A DNA stretch of 63,923 bases, filler included, from Hausera hauseri (Eukaryota): NCBI GenBank assembly GCA_046269625.1. It is 12 parts of 12 records of this genome, joined end to end, with 100 filler letters (N's around TTAATTAATTAA, not from the genome) between each part and the next. Parts side by side here need not be neighbours in the genome. Positions count along the whole stretch, not along the records: positions 35,389 to 41,961 come from JBJURY010085324.1; positions 42,062 to 48,100 come from JBJURY010149533.1; positions 48,201 to 52,281 come from JBJURY010773427.1; 9 more parts are not named here. One strand, 5' to 3'. Below, one piece after another: positions 37,925 to 50,777 of this stretch; position 1 is the stretch's first letter, and each line of letters opens with the position of its first letter. The notes under the pieces are model-generated. The model saw only the letters and a program-made list of their open reading frames with translations. It was not told where the DNA came from and searched no databases. Position numbers and translations under genes: made by a program.

Positions 37925-39002
37925 AACAGGAAGCTCAATTCCTAGTAATCCTCGGCTTATTAATATACCGTCCGCGTCTTTCGATATCTTGTCGAACACA
38001 TCTGCTGATATATAATTTTCAACTTTCAGGATGATTGGTATTGGTTTACCGATTTCTTTTCTTATTTTTTTAATCGTATATGCATCATTTACAAAACTTA
38101 CCATAGCTATATCAACTTCATTGTTAGCTACAAATTGAAGCGCCTTCACATAGCTTTCATAATAGTTATGAAGAACATTTGGACTCCAGAGAAAATTAAT
38201 TGACTTATTTAAGCTTAAGATGCTTCCTGTTTAACGAGACATCGGCACCATTTACCAAAATTTTCTCTAATAATTTGAGTGACAGTTCCGTCTTCAATAT
38301 AAAGTCGACTTCGCGGTATAAAATAACGCATGATTTGGGGAAATTGGGAAACATTCAATGAAGTGACATTGTATTTTGATGTATCTACAACATCAAAACG
38401 AGATACTAACCAAACAGATTCTCCTTCAAAAATTTCGTCTTTTTTGATAATAACGATATTTGACTAAGTTTTGCGACTGGAGCTGCGATGTCAACGGCTA
38501 TCGAAATTTGCCTAAACGAGTCTTCTAAATATGTTTTCTCCGCTCTTCGTACCAAATGAATTACTTTTTTTGGTTTCCTCGTAACCCAATGACGTTATAT
38601 TCAGTCTGGCAACATTTATTCCTGCTTTCATCATTTTAAAATTAATTCTTCAGTATTGGAAGCTTTCCCAAGAGCACAAATCATTTTAGTTGTTCTGTTT
38701 TCTTTAGCATTTTGATAGACATCTAATTGACACATATGGTCCAATTTTCTTGGTGGGTATTCAAATCGGTTATATTCAAACGTCTTACTTCTTAATTGAA
38801 TTATAGTATCTGTAATTTTATTTCCTTGACACATACACTTAAATCCTTTTGCAGGAAGCGATTTTGGAGGCATGTTTAAGTCAAAAAGTGGCTGTCGTAA
38901 ATAGTGTTGTTTCAACTGCTCAGCTTTTTCAGCAATCGATTTGTAATTTTCTTCAGCTCGATACAATGCGCAGTTTAATTCGTCCATTTTTTCTTCTGAC
39001 AC
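37925..39002 (-). pseudogene. Divergent pyruvate kinase N-terminal fragment, intronless
   Basis: DHMCQLD...TKMICALG.AS...AGINVARLN; VDIAMVSFV, IILKVEN, ADGILISRG.LGIELP. Contains stops. Confidence 0.85.
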
Positions 39003-39569
39003 CAGTGTAGTTTAGATAACATGAGTATTAATTCCATTAAAGAAAAAATCCAAAAAAAAAACGATGATGTATTTGAACTTTCAAAAAGCTTTTGCAAAAT
39101 CAATTTTCTATACATTTTCAACATTACTCAGTATACAAATACTACATTTACAACTATACATTAAAAAACCTTTTACAATTCAATTAAACGTCCTTTGATC
39201 AGAAAAGTATCCAAGGAATGTTGCGGAAGTGTGAAATGACGTAACTGGTTTGAGGTGACCTGCGAATTGAGGTAAACTTCGAATTGAACAGTCGAATGTT
39301 GTATGTGTCGAAACGAATATGGAACATCTGCATATGAACTTGAGGTCTTTGTTCTTTGTTGAGAGTTCCCTGCTTTTCTGCATTGCTGTATAAAGACCAT
39401 CTTTTCCTTTAAGTGAAACTTCAAAATGATAGCTTTTACAAATCGTTTGAGCTAAGTGCCGCTGTCACACCTTTGTCGGAAATTACAGTTTTTTTGCGTC
39501 GCATAATTACATGGTGGGGAAAAGTCCTCTCACCAATTCAAACTGTGCAGCCACATCCTAGGCACTACG

Positions 39570-41961
39570 TCACTCCCCCTGGCAAGACGAAGACTATGAA
39601 GAGAAGAAAATGAATGGAAATTATAGTAGGGAAAAGAAAAACTTAAACCTATTCGGTTTTGGTACATGTTAGACGTTGGACTCTATCTATGAACTTCTCC
39701 CTGCTATAAGTGCTAAACGTCACATGACGTGATCTGTTAGATGTTGCTAGTGCTTGTGGGGCTGTTCGAGGGAAAGAAACTGTGGATTTTGTGGTGTTTC
39801 TGGAGGATGTTTCATGAAGAGGTGAAAATGGCGAAGAAACTGAAGAGTGAAGTGGGTCAAGCGAAAGAGGCGAGACTGGAGGTGGAGGCAAATCGTGCGT
39901 TGACGGTGAAGTGAGTAGTGCGCGTGCAGGTGATGACAGCGAAGTGAGTGGTGAATGAACAGTGAACGATGACGGAAGTAAAAAGGATTTATTGTGACTC
40001 TACTGTTGCGACGGCTCAAAATTATCGAGGAAATTAGATAATGGCTCGCGAGAAGAGAAATTAGAGTCAGGATTTAAAACAAGGCTGTTATCCTGGTCAT
40101 CATCAACGAAGAATTCTGGCTTAAGTTTAGAGATATGTACATTTTGAGGTTTGTCCTTGCGTAAAATAGTAGCGGTGTGCGAACAAAGGTTTAGTAATTT
40201 GTAAGGGCCAACGTATTAAGGCCGAAAACCTGACGGTGAGGGGTCCTTCAGCCATACAAACTTGGCTGAGTATATGTCCTCTGGAATATAAGATTTGTCT
40301 TTATTTATAAGACGGCAAAATGCATTAGAGTTTACCTCTATAAAGTGGAACTGTGCTGCACGAATGACTTCATCTGATGGACTTTCAACCAGATTGGAGA
40401 GCTCAAATAGTGCACGAATTGGTGTCCCAAAGAGAGCTTCAGCCGGTGCACAACCGGTGGTAGTGGATGGCGTGTTACGACAACCAAGTAGAACAAAAGG
40501 AAGAATCGAAGTCCAATTACGATTGTTGTTTTCCAGGATTTTTAGAGAAATATTCACGGTACGGTGAAATCTCTCAAGAAGGCCATTTGCTTGGGGATGG
40601 TACGGCGTCGTCTGAAAGTGGGCTATCCCCAAGTGCTTAACTAGAGATTTAAAAAGATCAGCTTCAAATTGCGGACCCTGGTCCGTTATGATGTGACGTG
40701 AACCAAAACGGCTGACCCATATCTTGATTAATGCATCTGCTACTGAGTCAATGTTGGTTGATCGAAGCGAAACGGCTTCAGGCCAGCGGGAAGCGCGATC
40801 CATCATGGATAAGATGTATTGATAGCCGTTGTCGGATGGCAAAAAACCGACAAGATCCAAATGCACCGTGTCAAAACGGGACGTACAAGGGAAGTGGTAA
40901 AATGGTGGTTTTAGGTGTTTGTGACCTTGTATTGCTGGCATGCTGCACATCCCTTGACCCAAATCTGTACATCTGTACGCATAGTTGGCCATACAACGTG
41001 GCGTTGCAGTAGACGAAATGTGACTTTTAAACCCGAATGATGAAGAGAGTGAAAGTTATTAAAAGCTGTCTTTTGTAGCGATGGTGCAAGAATGATCTTC
41101 TTGTTGGTCGAGTTGGAAGTGTCATAAGCGATGCCATCAATGATTTCAACAGATTTAAAAGCTTGGAGAATGTCAGATGATGGCTGTTTGCTTCTCAGGA
41201 CCTCAAGGGAGAAAATTGGCTGAACTGTAATTGAGTTAACCGACCTCGAAAGAAAATCAGCTACTAAATTTTCGGTGCCTGAAATATATTTCATGGAAAA
41301 GTTAAAAGTCGACAGGTATGATAACTGTCGTTCTCGTCTGGGTGATGGCTGTTTCAAAGTCATTATATAAAGTAAAGGCTTGTGGTTGGTTTGGATGATA
41401 AATTGACGTGAAAGAAGCAAGTGCTTAAAATGCTTTACCGCAAAAACTACAGCCAAGAGTTCACGGTCGAATGTGGAGTATTGGCTTTTTGGTTGCGTGA
41501 GCTTTCGGGAATAAAATTCTAATGGTTCATCGACGCCATTGTATATTTGGTGTAATATCGCACCAGTTTCTGTGGTAGAGGCATCGGTAGTTAGTATTAG
41601 TTCGGCGTTTGGTTTTGGAAAGGCCAAGATTTCCACAGTTTTCAGACCTTGACGAAGGCGATCAAATTGGTTTACTAGATCGGGAGTCCAGTGGATTAAT
41701 TGTCTTTTCTTCCCAGATGAGAGGTGTGCGAACGGTGCCGTTAGTTCGGAGCAGTGTGGGACGGATTTGTGTACGAAATGCAATGTCCCTAGAAAACTCC
41801 TTCATCGGTAGTTGTAGTTGAGAACGTTACATTTTTTAATTGTTCTAAGCGATCAAGCTGGGGTGAATGCCCTTCAGGAGTAAATATGTGGCCTAGGAAG
41901 TTTACGCGTTTCTGGAAGAAATTGCATTTGTCGAAATTAATTTGCAGGTTACTTTGATGCA
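39570..41961 (-). mobile_element. Ty3/Gypsy 3' part: end of RT, RNase H, integrase, Ser/Pro-rich tail, PPT
   Basis: FLGH; LTTDAS..GAILHQ, YSTFDRELLAV, HKPL; HSLHH..CAACQ; HLDLVG, TDQGPQF, NGLLERFHR; GPY. PPT AGGGGGAG at 39580-39573, with a probable LTR start at 39569. Confidence 0.92.
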
Positions 41962-42061
41962 NNNNNNNNNNNNNNNNNNNNNNNNNNNNNNNNNNNNNNN
42001 NNNNNTTAATTAATTAANNNNNNNNNNNNNNNNNNNNNNNNNNNNNNNNNNNNNNNNNNNN

Positions 42062-42881
42062 CAACGGAAGGCAAACAATGGCTATCCGTATTCTCATACA
42101 CGGAAAACAAGGTGACGATGACGATAGTCTACGTTACGTAATGTCAGATTATTTCGTTTTCAAAAACGTCAGTCGACGCCGTGGTTTTACCCGAATCGGA
42201 AATTGTTTCCGTCATCATTCGGTGTTTATTACTGGAAACCGACTTCTGTTAGTTTTACGTATTGGTATTGGCAGAACTGATCGGTTTACATCGGCGATTT
42301 CGACAGATGCTCAAATATGCCATGTGGGACTTACTTGCGAAGCTAAAATTAGTTACATCGGTAAAATCAAACTGTGATCGTTGTATTCGGCAACTGACAC
42401 GGGTTGCGGACATGCCTATCCATGTGTTTAAGAAATTCAATTTCGCAGACGATTCACCAGCACAAATTGCTTTCATAGTATCAGTGATCAATGAAATGAT
42501 TCTGACTCAATTCTTCCGTTGGATTATCCGTAAATCGGATGTGGCGCATACTGTTTCATTTGGTCGTCATCGGAAACGTTTCGCGTTGCCAAGTTGCATT
42601 TTATCGTACTATTATACAGGCAGAATTTGTGCATATTGGTGATGGCATTTTCAGCATCTTCACAGAAACGGATTTATCCGCTTTATTTGGACAATCTGTG
42701 CGTTCACAGCGTATGGCTTTCCAAACTCCATGATTATACTTTGCAGGAAGCCTTGCTTGATTTGACTTCAACAGAGATAAATACAATTCTGGCCAATAGT
42801 AAAAGCGAAGGAATGTGGCTGGACACCGACTTCCAAACAATTCTCGCTGTTGTAATCTGTTACACATGCTACTTGTTATAG
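42062..42881 (+). pseudogene. Unidentified frameshifted coding remnant
   Basis: Overlapping plus-strand ORFs 42078-42377, 42262-42642 and 42594-42881 look like one broken gene. No motif recognised. Confidence 0.3.
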
Positions 42882-43039
42882 CATCATCACTGTCAGATTC
42901 TATTTCCAGTATTGTGAAGTGGTAGAGGTGCTCTGTAACTAAATTCGTGAAGAGGGAAATCGGGCCCGACTATGGGGCCGACGCGGCGGCGACGGAGGCC
43001 CGGCCATGTCCAACCAAATTGGCCAGAGGGCGCCGGCCG

Positions 43040-44890
43040 CTGTGAGCACCACACATTCATCTTCATCTGTCCAATCTGGGGTTTTGTGCTGTTATTGCGA
43101 TAACATGGTGCAATTTTCGATTAAACTATTGTTTCCAAATGATTCAGGAAATCATGCACACAGTTCCAGCCGTGAAACATGTAATACTGCGGTTGACCTG
43201 CAGCTTTTATCGGGACAACCAACATTCCCACGGCAAGTGGAACATGTTTTTGATCGTATACGTTGTGCCGTGGTAGGATTCTCAATAGCAGCATATATCA
43301 CATATGTTGTACTGTCCGTTTTATACCTATCACTAAATTGCAGTTCCTTTTTGAATGGCATGACGTACATTGTTGTTCCTGATGCATTCTGTTTGCACAG
43401 CGTCACATGTTTTTCCCACGTGGTTTCTGATCTGAATCCATGCAGACATGTAGGACACCATTTACAACGTATTTATTTTTGGACAAATTGATGGTAATCC
43501 ATGTTCAACAGTCGGTCCAAATTTGTCACGGCCAAGTAATGAAAATTTTCTGCCTGCTTCGTCAATAACAAATTTAATGTACATCCATTCGGTTTCCGAC
43601 TTCGATAGATTATATCTATATGTGGATTCTTGTAAAATTTTCTCGTCTGCCGGTATTTCAACTATTGTCTTGTACCGGAACACGTTGATTGACAGTGTCG
43701 GATTACGCAGTTCAAATGTTGAAATGGATTTTAGTTTCATCGGCATCCAGTTTTCGTCGAATTGCGATTCGAAAAATACTGCCGATACTAACTTGGACGA
43801 TATTCACTGTCTGTTCACTTCGTCATATTTTAATACCGCCAGAATACTGTAAATAAAACAGTAATCATCGTCCGTGTTTTTTACATTCACTACCTAATAA
43901 GAGTGCTTTAGAGCTTCAGGTGTCGGTATGAATAAACGTCCGGACAGGTAAATCATGTCACTCGACTTTGTTATAATAAAACCGAGTGACGATTTTTATT
44001 ATTCGTCAACTGCATTATTATTCCACAACTGCCTTTTTCGGTGTAATTGACGATGTTTTCGTCCAGCTTTTCGCCCATATCGGCAATGAAATCTTTGGAA
44101 TATGGAACTGTTCGATGTGACAGGAACCACTGTTTCCTGTTACCCTGCAGATTCTCAAATTCTGCAAGTGCATAATATTGCCCTTTGCAGTTGTGGTGTT
44201 TGAATTTCTCCACTTCGGTTTCTAACCGGTTGCGCACATAACCGGGTACATGCCTGAGTTGAGTTGCTGATTTCGCCGACATGTTAACTTTTATATCCAG
44301 GGACGATCTGTTTAGGTCGTACTTGACAGTAATGGGCGGTTCCTGTTGATGCTGCTGCTCCCGCCGCTGATGTTCTGTATTGCTGCTTTGCAGGTATTCG
44401 TCAAGACTTGTTGATGTTTGACATTTCCTGCTTGTTGAGGGAATACTGCTTTTTGCTGCCTCCATTAATATTTCCTTTTTGGACCCATGAAGCTGGTTCA
44501 AGTGTTCCTTGTGCTCATTATAAAATTGTTCATAGTTGATTTCATCAACTACAGAACAACCGGGACAGACGTAGGCCCGTTTACTGTGCACCGTTATGTG
44601 CCATAGTACTACTCCATTTTACTATGGCAACCTGCAACGTTGTGCACTTTACTAGTACAATACCTTGGGTACAAGGAGCAATGCACATGCATCATCTTAG
44701 ACCGATTAACGGTCCATGATTATACTTGTGCACCTCATAAAAATCGGCGTATAGACAAGGGGCCGAAATACTACCGCACGTTGGTCCCAAATGAGTCCGT
44801 GCCAACGAAGTAATATTTAGCCATTTGCTGATAGCACTGATCCTGCTCCACATGTATACGCGAGACGCAATACATGGGATAATTAGTGCA
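43040..44890 (-). pseudogene. N-terminal half of Maverick PolB, close relative of 52750-54430
   Basis: Near-identical peptides (ITVKYDLNRS..DIKVNM, HNCK.QYYALAEFENL, NVKNTDDDYCFI, RNPTLSINVFRY). Truncated at a GC-rich junction. Confidence 0.88.
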
Positions 44891-45047
44891 TTTCTGAATG
44901 GAAAACAAAATAAAATAAATGTTTTATATTAAGTTATACTATAAATTGAAATATGGCAACTTATTTTCGGTCTTGAGAAAAAAAGGTCTCCTTACTCCCT
45001 CGTAAACAATTATTCTAAACGCTACAACAACAACAACCAAAAATCAC

Positions 45048-45293
45048 ATGGAACACTACATTGAAAGCGAGATTAAGAAATAGACCGATGACATTTTGAC
45101 TGGACATGTGTTTTATGTTCAGTTTTTGTGTGAGCTCGCAGAAACCAGAAGTAGTCGACGGGAATATATTGAATTACTTGTCAGATCTCTATTCATACAA
45201 CGTACCAAAGATGAAATGAGATGAAAACGGCATCAACAACGACAGATTAATTTCCTCATTGGACTTGTTTTTTTGCTATGCTTTGTATTGTAA
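45048..45293 (+). pseudogene. Small ORF divergent from PolB; homologue of 52382-52605
   Basis: MEHYIES....D.I.TGHVF.VQ.LCEL..TR.SRREYI.L...QR.INFLIGL. Confidence 0.65.
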
Positions 45294-45419
45294 TGAAAAA
45301 GTAGATTGACCGTATTTAGTCATACATTTGTACATATTTTGTTGCGCTTGTTTTCTTGAATCAATATAATTTATTTCTCATGTATAAATACTTGGGTTTC
45401 GTTACGGCATGACATTACG

Positions 45420-45790
45420 AAATGTCTCATTTATCAGAACTCATTTGCTTGTATCACTCCTTCGACGGTTTCCGGAGTCACCTTTAAAATCTTGATCGAC
45501 CTTTACATGATGCACGATACTGTTCGCCAGAAGAGATATTCCAGCGTGCTGAGGAGAATTGGAGGGCACGAGAACCTTATCTACGACATATGAAGCAGGT
45601 TGTAGGTGACATGGATATGATTTTTCGCATATGGCAGAAATTGGCGGATACCTATGTACTGTGTGCCAACAGTCCACGTCAAATGCAGTTTGTGGATGAT
45701 TTTCTCCAAAGTGACCAAATGGAAATCGGCGGATCAGATTTTCTTTAAGCAACATTTCAATGTAACCAATTCCGATGGACTCGTTCATTC
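45420..45790 (-). pseudogene. Unidentified coding remnant, probably part of the Maverick
   Basis: ORF 45441-45788 next to the small divergent ORF. No motif recognised. Confidence 0.25.
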
Positions 45791-45916
45791 TCCTACGGAA
45801 TTTGTTAACCCATGTGGTTTGTGTGCTCCTAATTCATTAAAAACGATTTATTCAATTTTGTTGTTGTATAAAACAAAGGGAAATAAATGTTCTATTCAGA
45901 CTTGGCGGAATGCCTC

Positions 45917-46033
45917 TTTGTTATAGTTAGATAGGTGGGGACATGGTGTTGTCCGAAACTGGGTCATGGAAAATTTTTTCAAATGTTTGTTATAGCCAGA
46001 TAGGCGGGGAAATGATGTTGTCCGGAATTGGGT
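45917..46033. repeat. Two ~48-bp direct repeats (period 69 bp); a related copy lies near 47299-47332
   Basis: TTTGTTATAG..AGATAGG.GGGGA.ATG.TGTTGTCCG.AA.TGGGT occurs twice. Confidence 0.7.
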
Positions 46034-47480
46034 TAAAAACAAATTTTTCATACATAAAATATATAATTTAATTTATAAATAAAAATTTAATAATAAAATA
46101 AACTGATATTAAATAAAATTAGTAATCAATAAAATTTACATTTTCCATTTTTCGGTAATGATGAATTTTTGAAATGATAATAACCTAACTGCAATATTTT
46201 ATGTTTTTGTGTGTGAGTGAGTGTGGTTATAGTTTTACGACACACTATTGATTGTGTAAAAAGTGCTTTTAACATGCGCTGTATCGGGAATGACCTTTAC
46301 ACTAACGAGAAAACAAATCATAAGAATTAATGTGTCCTTCTCCATACAACTACAATATCTTTGTTACAAATTTTGTACTCATTAGATTGTAGTAGACGGT
46401 CTCAGGTGTCACAATCATTCTCCTTATTAGTAGAAGTAGTACTCAGACATTATTGTGAACGTATTCTGCTTTTTGGACGGACAGACAGACTGTTTTGTAA
46501 TTTTGAAATATACTACTTACTATATTTCTGTTGTTGTTGTTACCATGTATTGTTATATCGCTTCACTACCTTTGTTACATTTGGTACACGGTCTCAGGTG
46601 TCATCTTTGCTACTACGTCTACTACTGCTACTAGCATTGAAGTTTTGTTCATAATCATTCTCCTTATGAGTTATACTCAATTATGAGCTCATTCTCATAG
46701 TGCGATTGTCATTTATTATTAACCGTTCGGTTTTAATCGTCGTCATCGTCGTCGTACAAAATAAAATTCGAGATTTTATTATATAAAACGAACGCATTTA
46801 CAAAACATAAAATGAAAATGACGATTTTGACGTTTTACAAAATGTGCGTTTTTCACTCGGATCCATTGGTCTGATCGTGAAGCGGTTATATGAAATTTTC
46901 CCCAATTTATGGGCAATGTACGGGATCCATTTCCATCACCGGCAGACTTGAACAGAGGGAAATTTTACCAGACGGAAATTTTCCCAACCGGTTTTCCCCA
47001 TGTTCCCTTGGTCGGACGACGACAAAACCGTGCCCATTCGACTTGCCAACATCAATTTTACCTCTGTACAAAATTTCCGTATGCCAACTACATGTGTTGC
47101 GTTGCCAGTCGCACATTTCCAGTTTTTCTTCTTCCGCCTCCTGTGCCGCCGGGTTAGATTTTTCCGATTCGCGGCGCTGTTAACTTTTGTTCGCCTTGTA
47201 TGGCTCGACCGATTGATCTCAGTTCAAAGTCCAATCCCCGACCTTCTTTCCCGGGGGAGGGGTCTCCGACCACGAAACATGAAATGCTCAGAATTGTGAG
47301 ATAGGTGGAAAAATGTTGTTCCCGATTAGATTTGGGCACTTTTTGGGAAATGCGGTAGAGCTGACACTTCTACCCACTTTCGCATTTTGGACAATAGTAT
47401 TTGAAAAGTCAAATTGTGCAAATGAAAGAATATCGAACAGCAGTGATGCGTCGAGAAACTCGTCGACAACTAGTATACAT

Positions 47481-47651
47481 TTGAAAGTTGGAATAGATGT
47501 ATTCAACAGAAGTCCGGAATGTGGTTTTGATTATTTGCAGTCAATTGGTGTTGTGGATAGCAATGAGAAAGGTTTCAGTAACATAAAGTTGTTTGAATTT
47601 TTAACGTCCAAACACAACAGGATGCTTCATAAGTACGAATTTCATTTGTGA
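47481..47651 (+). pseudogene. Sec7 (ARF-GEF) domain N-terminal fragment or exon
   Basis: KVGIDVFNRSPECGFDYLQSIG...LFEFL resembles the Sec7 pattern G...FN..P..G..YL...G. Confidence 0.45.
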
Positions 47652-48972
47652 CATTTTATTTAAGTCGTAATTTTTATCTAGATGTCTTGTGTGAAATAAT
47701 CATCTTTCTATCTACTCATGGTCATGACAAACCAAATGTGCTGGATATTGATGAAAACAAATAAACATAGATAATGTGACATTTATACTTTTCTTTGTTG
47801 TTTGGGTGATTTATTTTTTTGATTTTGAAATAAAATTGAGAAACGAATTTTTGGATAAATTTTTTACAGTTTCTGACTAATAATAATTGTTTGTTCTGTA
47901 CTTATTCGACTATTTTCCATTCATTATTAATATTCTATAACTATTCTATCATAACAAATACTAATTGTTTATAAATTAAAAATTGTTAGAGCCATTTTTA
48001 TACTTTTGTTAATAGCATCGTGACACTGCAAACGGAATGACCTCATGTGACATTTGCGGGATAAAAGAAATAATCACGAATTCACCCAATCCGGGATAAG
48101 NNNNNNNNNNNNNNNNNNNNNNNNNNNNNNNNNNNNNNNNNNNNTTAATTAATTAANNNNNNNNNNNNNNNNNNNNNNNNNNNNNNNNNNNNNNNNNNNN
48201 TGCTTGATAAAATCAGAATGCATGTTCGGAAACACAAAATTAATGGTGGAGAAATTCCCCCGGAGAGCAGCACTCCGAAAACAATGGCTAGGTATGTTGA
48301 AAATTTTAAATTAGATGTTTTTTATATGTATATATCTTGGATAAGGGATATGGGGAGATTATGGGGATATATAAACCGGTGTTTATAAAATTAAGGTCAA
48401 GTTTAAGAGAAAGTAGATATGTATGGGAAATGAACGCACATATACGTCATGTTTTAGTGAAAAAGAAGGGGTTTCTCGGGGACAACAAACAAAATTTTAT
48501 AATTGAAGTTTACCGTCTGGATCGAGATCTATTAATGGGGAATAATATGAATTTAAATGGGCCTAGCAAACAATCGTACAATGGTATAAATATGGACGAA
48601 CTCGTTTATATATTCAATTTAAATCCTCCATTTTATGGTAGCAGAGCGTGGTTTGTGCTCTGCACCGTGATCCGCGGGCACAAACCACGTGATGTTTTGA
48701 TCTTTCGAGGTGTTCTGTATGTCTGTCTTCTCGTTTTCGGCTCTTTTTCTTTCCGTTTTAAGTTTGAAATAAAGGCGAGAATCTCCTGCAAGATATGCAC
48801 GGTGAGGAGTTTTGAGGAAACAAATAAAAGGAAATGTCGTGACTATCTTGCAGAAGTGACGCCAAATTGGAGAGTTGTAAAACCTTATGCCGAGGGCAAT
48901 AAAAATTTAAAAGAAAATGTATTAAAAGTTTATCACTCTAAACAAATAGAGAATAGACAACGTTTATCTATG

Positions 48973-49203
48973 GGGACTTCCGGTTATCCAGGACGACCAG
49001 GAAAAAAAGGAATTAAGGGAGGTAAAGGTGAAATTGGAAAGGATGGTCTGGAAGGGGAAAGGGACATAATAATAAACAAGTTAGTCATCAAGTGAGTCAA
49101 AAAGGATATATCGAACCTAGAGGAGACATTGAAGAAGAAGGATTAATTGGACAAAAAGGACATGTTGGGAATTTTGCAAATAGAAGTTCAAATGGTGAAA
49201 AGG
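48973..49203 (+). other. Collagen-like Gly-X-Y repeats
   Basis: GTS GYP GRP GKK GIK GGK GEI GKD GLE GER (10 triplets), then a degenerate second run after a frameshift. Confidence 0.8.
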
Positions 49204-49235
49204 ACGATAATATGACTAGAGTTGGAAAAATAAGA

Positions 49236-49451
49236 AAACAGATAATCATATGTTGCGGTGGACGAAATTACGTGGTAGACGCAACTGAGGTTCAGTCGTA
49301 TCGTGGCCTAACCGGAATAATAAGGAAAAATCTGAGAATAAACGGGGAATTCAGAACATTATATGCTGAAAAGCCGCTATGGATCGACGAAGCAGTGAAA
49401 AGCATAAGACATGGTGCAACACTTCATTTAACGTTCCAGTTAAAAGGAGGA
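49236..49451 (+). other. Ubiquitin-like domain in frame with Gag
   Basis: About 72 aa ending FRTLYAEKPL...IRHGATLHLTFQLKGG; compare ubiquitin QRLIFAGKQL...IQKESTLHLVLRLRGG. Confidence 0.75.
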
Positions 49452-50630
49452 AGCGAAATAACAGCGGACAAACTCGAAGAGCGTATTGCCGAACGACGAG
49501 GACCCATAAATGAATTGGCTTTGATTCGAAGTAGATTGATGGATATAAATTTGAACAAACATGATTATAACGTATTCCATCAAAGTGATAAGAAGGTTTT
49601 TTCGAGTGTCCAAGAAGAACTGTGTATATTGACCACCGCAGCCAGGAAACGAAAAAGAAAAGATAATGTAACATTGCTAGAGAATGAAATAGAAAAACGA
49701 GACGAGCAGAACAAAAAAATCAACACAATTATCCATGAAAGAAGCTTAATAGAAAACAAATCGACAATTAACACAGTAAGAGGTGCGGATAGTGGTATAA
49801 AGGAAAAGGTTATATTGCCGAAATTGCAGAAGTTAGAACTCCCAAAGTTTGGCGGTATAGTCACAGAGTATGATAAATGGAAGAGAACGTTTGACACCTG
49901 CGTTCATAAGACGTCAATGTCTGACATCTACAAACAATTGCAATTAAATCAATGCCTGTACGGAGAACCGAAGAGATTAATTGAGAACTTTGACCTGTCT
50001 GAAGAAGGCTATAAGGCTGCAATGGGAAAACTTGACTCTTATTATGGGGGAGAACAACGGTGTTTTGCCGCCTTCATGACCGAAGTGATGCGTTTTAAAC
50101 CAATCAGGGAAGAAGACATCATAGGCCCAGATAGATTTGTTGCTTTGTTGGATGGCATAACAGTAAGATTGTAAAATTTGGGAAGGAAAGAAGAATTGGG
50201 TGGAGGATTATTATATAAAAGTCTTGTAGAAGAACTCCCAGAATCTATAGTATTATTATGGGAGAGACATGTAGCTGAAAAGAAGCTAAATCGAACGGTT
50301 GAAGAATTGAAAACTTGGGTGGAGTCGGAAGCGAGCATACGGAGGAGCACCATTAAAAGAATTAGAGGTATCAACGTCTTTAATACATTTGAGGCTATAT
50401 CGCCGTCAAGATTTGGAAATGAAAACAAATTTGATCAAACAACAACTAACAATCGTTCCAGAGTTGAAAATTATTAGAATAATGCAACGTTCGGAATCAG
50501 GAGACATGACAAATAAACACGAAAGAGATTTTACATAGATAGACAACCTAATCAAAATGAGACTCGAGTTCAAGATAAGATGAAGACAGGTAACAGCGTT
50601 AAAACATCAGATAAGAACGAGGAAATGCTT

Positions 50631-50777
50631 TGTTGGGAATTTGAAAAGGAGGGGACTTGTAAATTTGGGAATAATTGTAGATTCTTACACAAGAAAGATA
50701 TGAAAATCGAAACACGGATATGCAAATATTATCTGAAGGGAAATTGTAAGTAGGGGGAAAATTGTCATTTTGTTTAT
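50631..50777 (+). other. Tandem CCCH zinc fingers at the Gag C-terminus
   Basis: Hand translation: CWEFEKEGTCKFGNNCRFLH (C-x8-C-x5-C-x3-H) and CKYYLKGNCK*GENCHFVY (damaged C-x7-C-x5-C-x3-H). Confidence 0.8.

Noticed and set aside
48337-48960. N-terminal part of the 252-aa ORF as a protein domain
   Set aside because: No motif; probably LTR or leader sequence that is open by chance. Only the collagen end is supported.
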